A stretch of 64,000 bases of DNA from Candidatus Nealsonbacteria bacterium (lineage in GTDB: Bacteria; Patescibacteriota; Minisyncoccia; Minisyncoccales; PWPS01): NCBI GenBank assembly GCA_003557645.1, contig PWNV01000020.1, forward strand, positions 14,328 to 78,327. The letters are read 5' to 3'. Each line of letters begins with the position of its first letter. The stretch's first letter is position 1. A program made the translations under genes and the position numbers. Below, in pieces: positions 51,824 to 59,598 of the stretch. The notes beneath the pieces were generated by a model. The model saw only the letters and a list, made by a program, of their open reading frames with translations, did not search any database and was not told the DNA's origin.

Positions 51824-53480
51824 TTTCTATTTTATAATCTGGAGGAATCTGCTTATATTGGAGTGTGTAGTCTGCAACTTTTCGGAAAATCGGTGCTGCG
51901 GAAACTTCTGCTGTGCGTGCTTGCGGCTGATCTAACTTAATTATAATTAAGAATTGTGGGTCGTAGGCCGGAACATATCCAGCAAACGCTTGAATGGTTT
52001 GATCCGAATAACCTCTTTGATTTATACCAAGATCAGACCAAGAAATTTGAGAAGTTCCTGTTTTCCCTGCAACATGATATCCTGGAACTTTTGCCGAACC
52101 ACCAAAACCATCCTCTATTGTTCCTACCAAAATAGATGTCATTTGAGAAGATGTTGAAGGAGAGATAACTCTTTCCCCCTCTGATCCCTTCATTCCCTGC
52201 ACAATATAAGGATTTACCATAACTCCTCCATTAGCAATTGCAGAAAAAGCACGAAAAAATTGAATTGGGGTAATTTCTATTCCTTGACCAAAAGATGCGG
52301 TTGCGTAGTTTATGTCGTAACCCTCTTTAAAACTTCTGTTTTCAGCAATCACTTCACCGTGTAAGTCAATTTCAGTAAAATCAAAAAATCCAAACTTTTT
52401 AATATATTCCTCGAAAACATCATTTCCAATTCTGTCTTTTACATGCACGATGCCCGTATTGATGGATTTTTCCATAATTTCTCTCATTGTAACTTCACCG
52501 TATGCTCGTTGTCCATAATTACGAATAACTCTTCCGTGAACCCTTTCTTCCCCTGTGTCATTATAAGTTTCATCAGGATCAATTGCTCTCTCTTCAAGCG
52601 CTGCCGCCATTGTAATCGGTTTAAAAATGGATCCAGGTTCAAAAGTTTCTTGTATTGAAGAGTTTTTAAATATCTTGTAATCACTAGTTTCAGAAAAATT
52701 GTTAGGATCAAATGAAGGAAAGTTTGCCATGCCAAGAATTTTTCCATCGTTTGGATCACCAACTAAAATACTACCTCCTGTAATATTAAAATCATCGTGT
52801 GCCTCTAGTAAGGATTTCTCAATAAAGTGCTGAATATTATAGTCTACCGTCAAAAAAACATCATCTCCTCTTTCCGTAGAATCTCTGGTAATAAAAAGAC
52901 CCCAAGAATTTCTACTTCCTTCTCTTATTCCTCCTCTTCCACGCAAAATATTTTCATAATACTGCTCTACACCGTACTGTCCCAATCCTTCTCCTCCAAT
53001 AAAGCCAATGATATGTGAAGCAAAATCACTTTCTGGATAATGTCTCTTAACTTCACTTTCCAAATAAACCTTGGGAAGTTTCTTTATTTCTTTTATCTCT
53101 TCTTCGCTTATATCTCTTTTTATCACTTCATAAGAGGTGTCACGCTCCATACGAATCATTACTTCTTCTTCGTCTACTTCTAAAGCGTTAGAAAGAGCTA
53201 AAGCAATTTCTTTTTTTTCTTCACTTTTAATTTCACGAGGAGAAATATAGACATGAGTAATCCTTCTATTTACAGCAATCGGAACTTTCCTTTCGCTAGT
53301 ATTTTGTAAATAAATTGTTCCCCTCTCCCCCTCGTCCTGTGCAAAATATCTTTGTTGTCCATAAGCTTGAGCGCTCCATTCTCCGCTACTCAAAACTTGA
53401 ATATTAAAGAGACGCCAACAAAGCACTACTGCCATAATTACCATCAATCCAAGAACAAAACAAAACCTCGTCTTGCACAT
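51807..53480 (-). CDS. ftsI: penicillin-binding protein 2/3-type transpeptidase
   Basis: 557 aa with an N-terminal TM helix and a dimerisation domain. Transpeptidase motifs are GSIFKP (SxxK), KSINTG (SxN) and AGKTGTS (KTG). Confidence 0.9.
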   Translation of the reverse strand: MCKTRFCFVLGLMVIMAVVLCWRLFNIQVLSSGEWSAQAYGQQRYFAQDEGERGTIYLQNTSERKVPIAVNRRITHVYISPREIKSEEKKEIALALSNALEVDEEEVMIRMERDTSYEVIKRDISEEEIKEIKKLPKVYLESEVKRHYPESDFASHIIGFIGGEGLGQYGVEQYYENILRGRGGIREGSRNSWGLFITRDSTERGDDVFLTVDYNIQHFIEKSLLEAHDDFNITGGSILVGDPNDGKILGMANFPSFDPNNFSETSDYKIFKNSSIQETFEPGSIFKPITMAAALEERAIDPDETYNDTGEERVHGRVIRNYGQRAYGEVTMREIMEKSINTGIVHVKDRIGNDVFEEYIKKFGFFDFTEIDLHGEVIAENRSFKEGYDINYATASFGQGIEITPIQFFRAFSAIANGGVMVNPYIVQGMKGSEGERVISPSTSSQMTSILVGTIEDGFGGSAKVPGYHVAGKTGTSQISWSDLGINQRGYSDQTIQAFAGYVPAYDPQFLIIIKLDQPQARTAEVSAAPIFRKVADYTLQYKQIPPDYKIENEKNN

Positions 53481-53485
53481 AATTA

Positions 53486-53770
53486 TTATTGCCTTACTAC
53501 TACTTCCGAACCATGCACCTCGAGATAGCTAACATCCCTTGTTTCTACAAAACCCATATCCCGTGCAATTTCTTCAACTTCCCTTAATGAAAAACTATTT
53601 AATGAATTACTTGAAAGAAGCTCATTTTGATGAAAGGTGCCATCTAGAATCTTTTGATTTTTTTGCACCAAATACACTTCTTCTGTTAATTGAATAATTT
53701 GAAAAACACAAACCGAAACTAAAGCTACTATCACCAGAGAAGACAATATATAAATAAATTTTACTTTCAT
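53486..53770 (-). CDS. ftsL: FtsL-like bitopic cell-division protein
   Basis: 94 aa with a single TM helix, positioned between rsmH and ftsI. Confidence 0.6.
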   Translation of the reverse strand: MKVKFIYILSSLVIVALVSVCVFQIIQLTEEVYLVQKNQKILDGTFHQNELLSSNSLNSFSLREVEEIARDMGFVETRDVSYLEVHGSEVVVRQ

Positions 53771-53771
53771 C

Positions 53772-54650
53772 TTATTTTTTAATTATTACTCTTAACTTCG
53801 CCGACCTTGAACGAATGTTTTTATTAATTTCCAAAGCTCCTGGTTTAACTGGTTCTTTTGTAAGAAGATCAACATCATTTTTATCAATGAAATCAAGCAA
53901 CGCTCGTTCCTCTATCCCATGAAAAGTGATAACCGCCAATCTTCCCCCTTTTTTTAAAATCTTCAGTGATTGAGGTAGAGCCGATTTAAAGTTCATTATT
54001 TCTCCATTCACAGCAATACGAATTCCTTGAAAAGTCTTCGTTGCACAATGTATGCGTCTGTTTCTATATGAGGAAGGAACACTTTTTTCTATAATTTTAA
54101 CAAGATCCTTTGTGTTTTTAATCAACCTTTCTTTTCTTTCTTTGATAATATTTTCAACAATTCTATCTGCGTACTCTTCTTCTCCCCATTTTCTAATAAT
54201 ATAAAGTAAGTCTTTCTCCCTATATTGATTTACCACCTCTTTGGCTGTAAGAAGAATGTTTTTGTTGTAACGCATATCAAGAGGTTCGTTCCTTCTAAAA
54301 GAAAATCCTCTCCCACTCTTTTCTATATGAAAACTAGAAAATCCTAAGTCAAAGATTATCCCAGATATCGGTCCAAACTCTTTTTCCTCAACAATTTCTT
54401 CAAGCATCGTATAAGATTCATTACAAACGATAAGTCTTTCTCTTTTCTTGCTTTCTAAAATATTGTAGAGGTTTGAATCCCACTCCAGAGCAAGTACTTT
54501 TCCGTTTGGCCTGTTTTTTTCAAGCAGTGCTAGAGAGTGTCCTCCTGCCCCAGCGGTACAATCCACAAAGTTTTCATTTTTTTTCGGATTTAAAAGGTGC
54601 AATACTTCTTGTTTCAAAACGGGTATATGGACTCTGCTTTTTTCTTTCAT
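53772..54650 (-). CDS. rsmH: 16S rRNA (cytosine1402-N4)-methyltransferase
   Basis: 292 aa with HIPVL, DCTAGAGGHS, DLGFSS and FHGIEER. Confidence 0.93.
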   Translation of the reverse strand: MKEKSRVHIPVLKQEVLHLLNPKKNENFVDCTAGAGGHSLALLEKNRPNGKVLALEWDSNLYNILESKKRERLIVCNESYTMLEEIVEEKEFGPISGIIFDLGFSSFHIEKSGRGFSFRRNEPLDMRYNKNILLTAKEVVNQYREKDLLYIIRKWGEEEYADRIVENIIKERKERLIKNTKDLVKIIEKSVPSSYRNRRIHCATKTFQGIRIAVNGEIMNFKSALPQSLKILKKGGRLAVITFHGIEERALLDFIDKNDVDLLTKEPVKPGALEINKNIRSRSAKLRVIIKK

Positions 54651-54663
54651 TAACTATATGATT

Positions 54664-55095
54664 TTAAACTCCAAGTTCTTTCAATCTTTCTGCAATACTT
54701 CCAACCTCTTTTTCAGTTTTTGTCCTGTAACTTTCCCACAACTCCTTGTTCCACACTTCTATTCGGTTATAAACCCCAACTATCACCACTTCTTTTTTTA
54801 AAGAAGCGTATTCCTTTAGGTAATCAGGAACAAGAATTCTTCCTAACGAATCAAACTCTACTTCCATTGCTCCGGCAAGCATGAATCTTGAAAATCCCCT
54901 TGCGTCAGACTGAGCAAGGGGCATATTGCTTATTTTCGGAGCTAACTCTTTCCATTCTTTAAGGGGATACATGAAAAGGCAGTTATCAAGTCCTTTCGTA
55001 ATCACTGTCTTTCTTTTTAATTCCTCGCGAAATTTTATTGGAATAGCAAGTCTCTTCTTTTCGTCTATCTTGTATGTGTATTCACCAATAAACAT
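54664..55095 (-). CDS. mraZ: transcriptional regulator MraZ
   Basis: ORF 54664..55203. I prefer Met37 (MFIGEYTYKIDEKKRLAIP). It has two SpoVT/AbrB-type DxxxR motifs (DEKKRLAIP, DSLGRILVP). The upstream part of the ORF carries the operator repeats. Confidence 0.88.
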   Translation of the reverse strand: MFIGEYTYKIDEKKRLAIPIKFREELKRKTVITKGLDNCLFMYPLKEWKELAPKISNMPLAQSDARGFSRFMLAGAMEVEFDSLGRILVPDYLKEYASLKKEVVIVGVYNRIEVWNKELWESYRTKTEKEVGSIAERLKELGV

Positions 55096-55100
55096 AATTG

Positions 55101-55171
55101 TTTTCCCCAAAGAATAGATGTTTTCCCCACTTTTTTCCACAATACCGTAATTTGTTCCCATTTTATTCCAC
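55101..55171 (-). promoter_or_regulatory. phased GTGG(G/A) direct-repeat array; candidate MraZ operator and mraZ promoter region
   Basis: The minus strand reads GTGGAATAAAA TGGGAACAAA ..10 nt.. GTGGAAAAAA GTGGGGAAAA ..10 nt.. TTGGGGAAAA caatt ATG. Box starts are ~55171, 55160, 55140, 55130 and 55110, a 10-11 nt register. Confidence 0.6.
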
Positions 55172-55227
55172 AAAGCAGAACCTGTCAACCCCCAACAATC
55201 CACAGGGACCCCTTTTAAGAATTTAAA

Positions 55228-55256
55228 ACAAAAAGCCCTCCTTAAGGAGGGCTTTT
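55228..55256 (-). terminator. rho-independent terminator after the Clp-like gene
   Basis: AGCCCTCC-TTAA-GGAGGGCT (~55234..55253). The minus-strand reading is followed by TTTTGTTTT. Confidence 0.75.
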
Positions 55257-55277
55257 ACTTCGTAGCTTAAGCTTCTT

Positions 55278-57791
55278 CTATGGTGCTAGTTTTCTTACCT
55301 CAAAATGCTCTTCATCAACAGTAAACCTATCCCCTTCTTGGATATATCCCTCTAGAACTGCAGAGGCAAGCTTGTTACTAATATTGTCTTGTATAGCACG
55401 CTGCATTTCCCTTGCTCCAAAAACAGGATCATATCCTATCTCCATAATTTTTTCTTTTAGAGCTTCAGTAATCACAAAATGCATATCTTTCTTAATAAAA
55501 TTCTTAGCCATTTCTTCCAGCTGAATTCCAGCAACATCAATAAGATTTTCTCTGCTTAATGGTTTAAAAATAATAACATCATCAAAGCGATTAACAAACT
55601 CTGGACGAAATACAGATGTTTGAAAAAGTCTTTTTAATATTTTTGCCTTTACTTTTCCCCATCCCAGTTTCTGCTCGATAGCATCAAGAATAATTTGATA
55701 TCCGGCATTGCTGGTGGCAATGACCATAGTGTTACGAAAATCGACCCTTCTTCCCTCTCCATCAGTAATATGCCCTTCATCCAATATTTGCAAAAACAAA
55801 TTCAATATATCCGGGTGCGCTTTCTCAATCTCATCTAACAATATAAGGGAAAAAGGATCTTCTCTCACTCCAGAGGTTAAGACTCCTTCTTCTTGTGATG
55901 ATCCAATAATGCGTTGTACATCGGAAATATTTTGAAATTCGGACATATCGATACGATTTATCTTTTTTTCCGAACCAAAATAAACATCTGCAATCGCTTT
56001 TGCCATTTCAGTTTTACCCACTCCCGTTGGCCCTAAGAATAGAAAGCCTCCTATCGTCCCTTTCCTTACACCCACATCCGCTCTAGAGCGTCTAAGGGCC
56101 GAAGAAACCGCTCTAACAGCGTTTTCTTGATTAACAATTCTTTTATGAATTAAGTCCTCCAAATTAAGAAGTACCTCTTTTTCTTTTTCATCCAACCTTC
56201 CTACCGGAACCTCGGTCTTTTCTGATATGATTTCCGCAACATGATCTTGCAAAACAATATCTTCTTCTTTTTGATCAGCGTGAACTACTGCTTCCTCAAG
56301 CAAAGTAAAAGCTTTTTCAGGGAAGGCTTCATTTTGCATATACTTATCCGAAAATTCTATCGCTTTCTTGATTGATCCAAAAGAAATTAATTTATGATAC
56401 TTGTTCTCTAAAGAGAGAGCTAGTTTCTCTAACAAAATAAGTGCTTCTTCGTGTGATATTTTTTTCATTTCTACTTTCTCCATGAGAGAGAAGAGAGTAG
56501 AGTTCTTTTCAATGTTTTTTCGAAAACCTGCAAAATCAGTAACACCGATCAATCGAAACGAAGGAATGTGTAAATAAGGTTCTAAAATTCCAGAAATATT
56601 GATTACTCCTGGCCTCTGTTCTCCTGCTATGAATTTGTGAAGATCATTGATAACCAGTATAACGTTTCCTGCTTTCACCGCCTCACCAAACATTTTATCT
56701 AATATCTTTTCTGTTTCTTCTAGTCCCTCTGTGCGTGCCAAAACTGACGAAAGATCAAGTTCTAAAATACGTAAATAATTGGTCCCCTGAAGCCCTTCTC
56801 CAAGAAAAGATCTTCTGGCAATCTCCTGAATTATACTTCTCCTTCCTGCTCCTGAATCTCCAACCAAAACGACACTGTTTATTTCTTCACGAGACATAAC
56901 TCTTTCCAGTGATTTTATTTCCTTTCTGTGTCCAACTGTTTCTGGGAATCCGGATAATTTCATTTTCTCCGTCCAATCTATAGAGAAATTATCAAGAAGA
57001 GGAGTATATCCAAAATTCCATTCTTTTCCTATGCTTCCTAGCTTAATTAAATTCTTATAAAGCAACGGGCTCTCTTTTTTCCTAAGTCGTTTCCGCCATG
57101 AAGTAAGATCATACATGTCATCCTCAGTCATTCCATTATAATATATAGTATCTCTTAAGTAATTATTGTGTTTGCTTAGTGCTACAAATAAATCTCCAGG
57201 AGTTATTCTTTCGTTCTTCCTTCTTGCAGCAACTACCAAAGCCTCTTTCATCGTCTTCGTAAAACAAGGAGATTTTTCTTTATTATTAATCATCTCTCTC
57301 TCATCAAAAATAAACTTCAAGTCTCGGAGAACATTTTTTTTACTAATTAATGCACGATGAAAAACGAAATCCATATCCCGAGCTTTTTTTAATAGATAAT
57401 AAAGCAAAAGATAAGAGTCTGCTCCCCCCTTTCTTTCGACTGCCTCCATGATGCAAGCACTTTCAAAATTTAAAAACTCTGCAAGATTAACTTCGTCAAG
57501 GTGACTAAGAGCATTCTTTTTGCTTATTAAGAGCTTTGGTCTTGTAACGGAATATTTAAAAAACAACTCCAGCTGTAAAAAAATTAAAAAAAGGCAAAAG
57601 AAGAAAAAACTAATCTCGAGAAAGTAAGAGCTTGTATTAAGAGTTTTTTGTAACGCAAAGCCTAAAAGAGACAAGATGGATAACACAAAAAAGAAGACCT
57701 TCAAAGCTCCAGCATTTCCAAAGACTGGAATCTTGCCGATTAAAAGGGCTTTATATATGGCTGATTTTTTTAAATCGAACTTAATATCCAT
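55278..57791 (-). CDS. membrane-anchored Clp/Hsp100-type double AAA+ ATPase with degenerate first nucleotide-binding module
   Basis: 837 aa with 2 N-terminal TM helices and Clp_N-like repeats. D1 has Walker A GDSGAGRRS (Lys replaced) and Walker B ILVINDLH. D2 is canonical: GPTGVGKTE, LILLDEIEKAH and the ClpB_D2-small domain. Confidence 0.85.
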   Translation of the reverse strand: MDIKFDLKKSAIYKALLIGKIPVFGNAGALKVFFFVLSILSLLGFALQKTLNTSSYFLEISFFFFCLFLIFLQLELFFKYSVTRPKLLISKKNALSHLDEVNLAEFLNFESACIMEAVERKGGADSYLLLYYLLKKARDMDFVFHRALISKKNVLRDLKFIFDEREMINNKEKSPCFTKTMKEALVVAARRKNERITPGDLFVALSKHNNYLRDTIYYNGMTEDDMYDLTSWRKRLRKKESPLLYKNLIKLGSIGKEWNFGYTPLLDNFSIDWTEKMKLSGFPETVGHRKEIKSLERVMSREEINSVVLVGDSGAGRRSIIQEIARRSFLGEGLQGTNYLRILELDLSSVLARTEGLEETEKILDKMFGEAVKAGNVILVINDLHKFIAGEQRPGVINISGILEPYLHIPSFRLIGVTDFAGFRKNIEKNSTLFSLMEKVEMKKISHEEALILLEKLALSLENKYHKLISFGSIKKAIEFSDKYMQNEAFPEKAFTLLEEAVVHADQKEEDIVLQDHVAEIISEKTEVPVGRLDEKEKEVLLNLEDLIHKRIVNQENAVRAVSSALRRSRADVGVRKGTIGGFLFLGPTGVGKTEMAKAIADVYFGSEKKINRIDMSEFQNISDVQRIIGSSQEEGVLTSGVREDPFSLILLDEIEKAHPDILNLFLQILDEGHITDGEGRRVDFRNTMVIATSNAGYQIILDAIEQKLGWGKVKAKILKRLFQTSVFRPEFVNRFDDVIIFKPLSRENLIDVAGIQLEEMAKNFIKKDMHFVITEALKEKIMEIGYDPVFGAREMQRAIQDNISNKLASAVLEGYIQEGDRFTVDEEHFEVRKLAP

Positions 57792-58186
57792 TTTATTGAT
57801 AAGAACAATCCCCCACTAACTATAAAGGGTATCAACACCCAAAAAAACAAAAGGAAAAATCCAACGAAAGCAACAAATATCTCAGCAAAAATACCAATAA
57901 TTATCAGCATCATCCTCATCGCCATTCCAATCAATCTAGAGAACGTATTGAAAATTATAATCTCGGCATATCTCTTAATGTCAAATCCTCTACCATAGGA
58001 AGTTTGATACTTGTGCCACGGAGAAAAAAACGTTTGCATTAAACGAAAGACAGAGAAATAATTGAAGCTAAAACGCAAAAAATCTTGCCAACGCAAGAGA
58101 ATTTCTTGAAGGACTATAACATAATGCCAGGAAATCCAGGAAACAAAAATACTTTTTCTTTCTGTCACTTTAATCATTGCAATCAT
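57770..58186 (-). CDS. integral membrane protein (138 aa), coupled to the Clp-like gene
   Basis: ORF overlapping the Clp-like start by 22 nt. It has FSPWHKY and 2-3 TM helices. Confidence 0.6.
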   Translation of the reverse strand: MIAMIKVTERKSIFVSWISWHYVIVLQEILLRWQDFLRFSFNYFSVFRLMQTFFSPWHKYQTSYGRGFDIKRYAEIIIFNTFSRLIGMAMRMMLIIIGIFAEIFVAFVGFFLLFFWVLIPFIVSGGLFLSIKWILSSI

Positions 58187-58206
58187 TATAATTCAAAGAC
58201 CATCTA

Positions 58207-58254
58207 TTGACAATAGTTTCTTTCAAATTATAATGTCCATAGAAAAAAGGTCGG
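58207..58254 (+). promoter_or_regulatory. sigma70-type promoter TTGACA-N16-TATAAT followed by an AAAGGTCGG box
   Basis: The sequence TTGACAatagtttctttcaaatTATAATgtccatagaaaAAAGGTCGGtatac, with the box at 58246..58254, 54 nt before ATG 58309. Confidence 0.55.
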
Positions 58255-58308
58255 TATACTTTATGAAGTAAAAAAATAACACTTTCCTTAAACGGGAAAA
58301 GAAAATAT

Positions 58309-58536
58309 ATGTTTTTTTCAGACCAAAAAGAAACCTTTAAAAGAGAACCTTTCGCAATGTTAGAAGAAGAGGAAGGAGAAGAAGACGATTTAGATCTTGA
58401 AGATGATTTAGATCTTGACGACGATTTAGATCTTGACGAAGATTTAGATTTGGACGATGAAGATCTGGATGATTTTGATGACGAAGAAGAGGAAGAAGAA
58501 GAAGAGGAGGAGGAAGAAGACGAAGAAGAATTATAA
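58309..58536 (+). CDS. soluble hyperacidic repeat microprotein (75 aa)
   Basis: MFFSDQKETFKREPFAMLEEEEGEE, then DDLDLEDDLDLDDDLDLDEDLDLDDEDLDDFDD, then a poly-Glu tail from residue 59. It has a consensus promoter and a strong terminator. Confidence 0.6.
   Translation: MFFSDQKETFKREPFAMLEEEEGEEDDLDLEDDLDLDDDLDLDEDLDLDDEDLDDFDDEEEEEEEEEEEEDEEEL
58384..58473. repeat. 18-bp tandem repeat x4-5 (coding, DDLDLD units)
   Basis: The units are gacgatttagatcttgaa, gatgatttagatcttgac, gacgatttagatcttgac, gaagatttagatttggac and gatgaagatctggatgat. Confidence 0.8.
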
Positions 58537-58552
58537 AAAAGACCACAACGAT

Positions 58553-58588
58553 AAAAAGCCCCTTGTTTTAAAACAAGGGGCTTTTTTA
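58553..58588. terminator. bidirectional terminator between the acidic gene (+) and acyP (-)
   Basis: Perfect 12-bp arms GCCCCTTGTTTT/AAAACAAGGGGC are flanked by AAAAA and TTTTTT. Confidence 0.8.
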
Positions 58589-58666
58589 AAAAGGAGAGTT
58601 CATTAAAAAATAAATAGCGATAATAATGGCCACTATAATCCCTAAAAAATCTAATCTTTTCATGTT

Positions 58667-58939
58667 TTATTTTGTTATAAAATTTTTAAACTCATCTCCG
58701 CTTTTCTGCCACTTAACATCCTTTCTTTGGACTCTTGCAAGAGGAGGACCATCATCGCACCAAGAGGATAGCATTTTCAGTTTCTCCTCTTCTCCTTCTG
58801 CAATAATCTCTACACATCCATTTTCAAGATTTTTTACTACTCCCTTCAATCCTAGCATTCTCGCCTTTTTTTTCGTAGACTCCCTGAAGAAAACTCCTTG
58901 TACTTTTCCAGATAATAAAATATGAACCCTTTTCTCCAT
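58667..58939 (-). CDS. acyP: acylphosphatase
   Basis: 90 aa. VHILLSGKVQGVFFRESTKKKARMLGLKGVVKNLENGCVEIIAEG matches the acylphosphatase signatures. Confidence 0.9.
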   Translation of the reverse strand: MEKRVHILLSGKVQGVFFRESTKKKARMLGLKGVVKNLENGCVEIIAEGEEEKLKMLSSWCDDGPPLARVQRKDVKWQKSGDEFKNFITK

Positions 58940-58985
58940 TACTAGAGAATAGCAAATATTTTCATTGTAGGCAAAGTTTACTTAT

Positions 58986-59016
58986 TAAAAACTCGCCCTT
59001 TTTTTAAAGGGCGAGT
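58986..59016 (-). terminator. rho-independent terminator after hsp20
   Basis: CTCGCCC-TTTTTTTAAA-GGGCGAG. The minus-strand reading is followed by TTTTTAAT. Confidence 0.7.
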
Positions 59017-59029
59017 GTCTGCTCTCTTA

Positions 59030-59452
59030 TCATTTTCCTTTCACTTTAATCTCTTTTGTACCTCCTTTTTTCGGACTGACTTTGGGTAAAACAACTTTTA
59101 GCACTCCCTTTTCATAATTCGCTTCTGCCTTTTCCTCGTTTACTCTAGAAGGCAATTTCACCGCTCGCTCACAAGACCCTTTTCGGATTTCCTTTTTCCA
59201 ATAATTTTTCTCTTTTTCTTCTTTTTCTTCCTTTGTTTCCGCACTCACTCTAAGTACTCCGTCCTCTACTTGTAATTTGATGTCTTTGGGGTCGATGTTA
59301 GGCAAGCTAACTTCTACTACAACATCTTTACCTGTTTCATAAACATCTATTTCTGGTTCGGAGAGATTTTTAGAAAAAACTGGAAGAAACCAGTCTTCAT
59401 CGCCAAAAAAATCAGGCATCTCTCCAAAAAATTTCTTTGGTACAAGTGCCAT
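59030..59452 (-). CDS. small heat-shock protein (Hsp20/alpha-crystallin)
   Basis: 140 aa with the alpha-crystallin domain DVYETGKDVVVEVSLPNIDPKDIKLQVEDGVLRVSAE...GVLKVVLPK. Confidence 0.92.
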   Translation of the reverse strand: MALVPKKFFGEMPDFFGDEDWFLPVFSKNLSEPEIDVYETGKDVVVEVSLPNIDPKDIKLQVEDGVLRVSAETKEEKEEKEKNYWKKEIRKGSCERAVKLPSRVNEEKAEANYEKGVLKVVLPKVSPKKGGTKEIKVKGK

Positions 59453-59476
59453 ATTTTAATTAAAATTGGCTTATCT

Positions 59477-59518
59477 CCGACCTTTTTTTATTTATAACAA
59501 ATCTAATTATGATGTCAA
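59477..59518 (-). promoter_or_regulatory. hsp20 promoter TTGACA-N16-TATAAA followed by an AAAGGTCGG box, 24 nt from the ATG
   Basis: Minus-strand reading is TTGACAtcataattagatttgtTATAAAtaaaaAAAGGTCGGagataagccaattttaattaaaatATG. Confidence 0.6.
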
Positions 59519-59598
59519 GATTACCTACAATAATTGATTAATTTATACATAATGCTTATAATCAAAATGATATTTTAAAACAAATATTTAGAAATAAT

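Noticed and set aside
53811-53819. Additional AAGGTCGG copy
   Set aside because: It lies inside the rsmH coding sequence (encoding ..SRSAKL..) and is 40 nt from the ftsL-like start, not at the 23-25 nt spacing. I treated it as a chance or coding occurrence and did not count it in the motif set.
54664-55203. Full-length 179-aa mraZ ORF, and the similar N-terminal extensions of dnaX (to 43352), DUF167 (to 16769), fmt (from 7225), cysS (from 43919) and the PH-domain gene (to 32892)
   Set aside because: The extensions overlap upstream genes or regulatory repeats and precede canonical family N-termini (MFIGEY.., MSEIALYRKYRP.., etc.). The internal starts are more plausible.
58626-58925. 99-aa plus-strand ORF
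   Set aside because: It lies antisense to acyP, which has clear acylphosphatase signatures.
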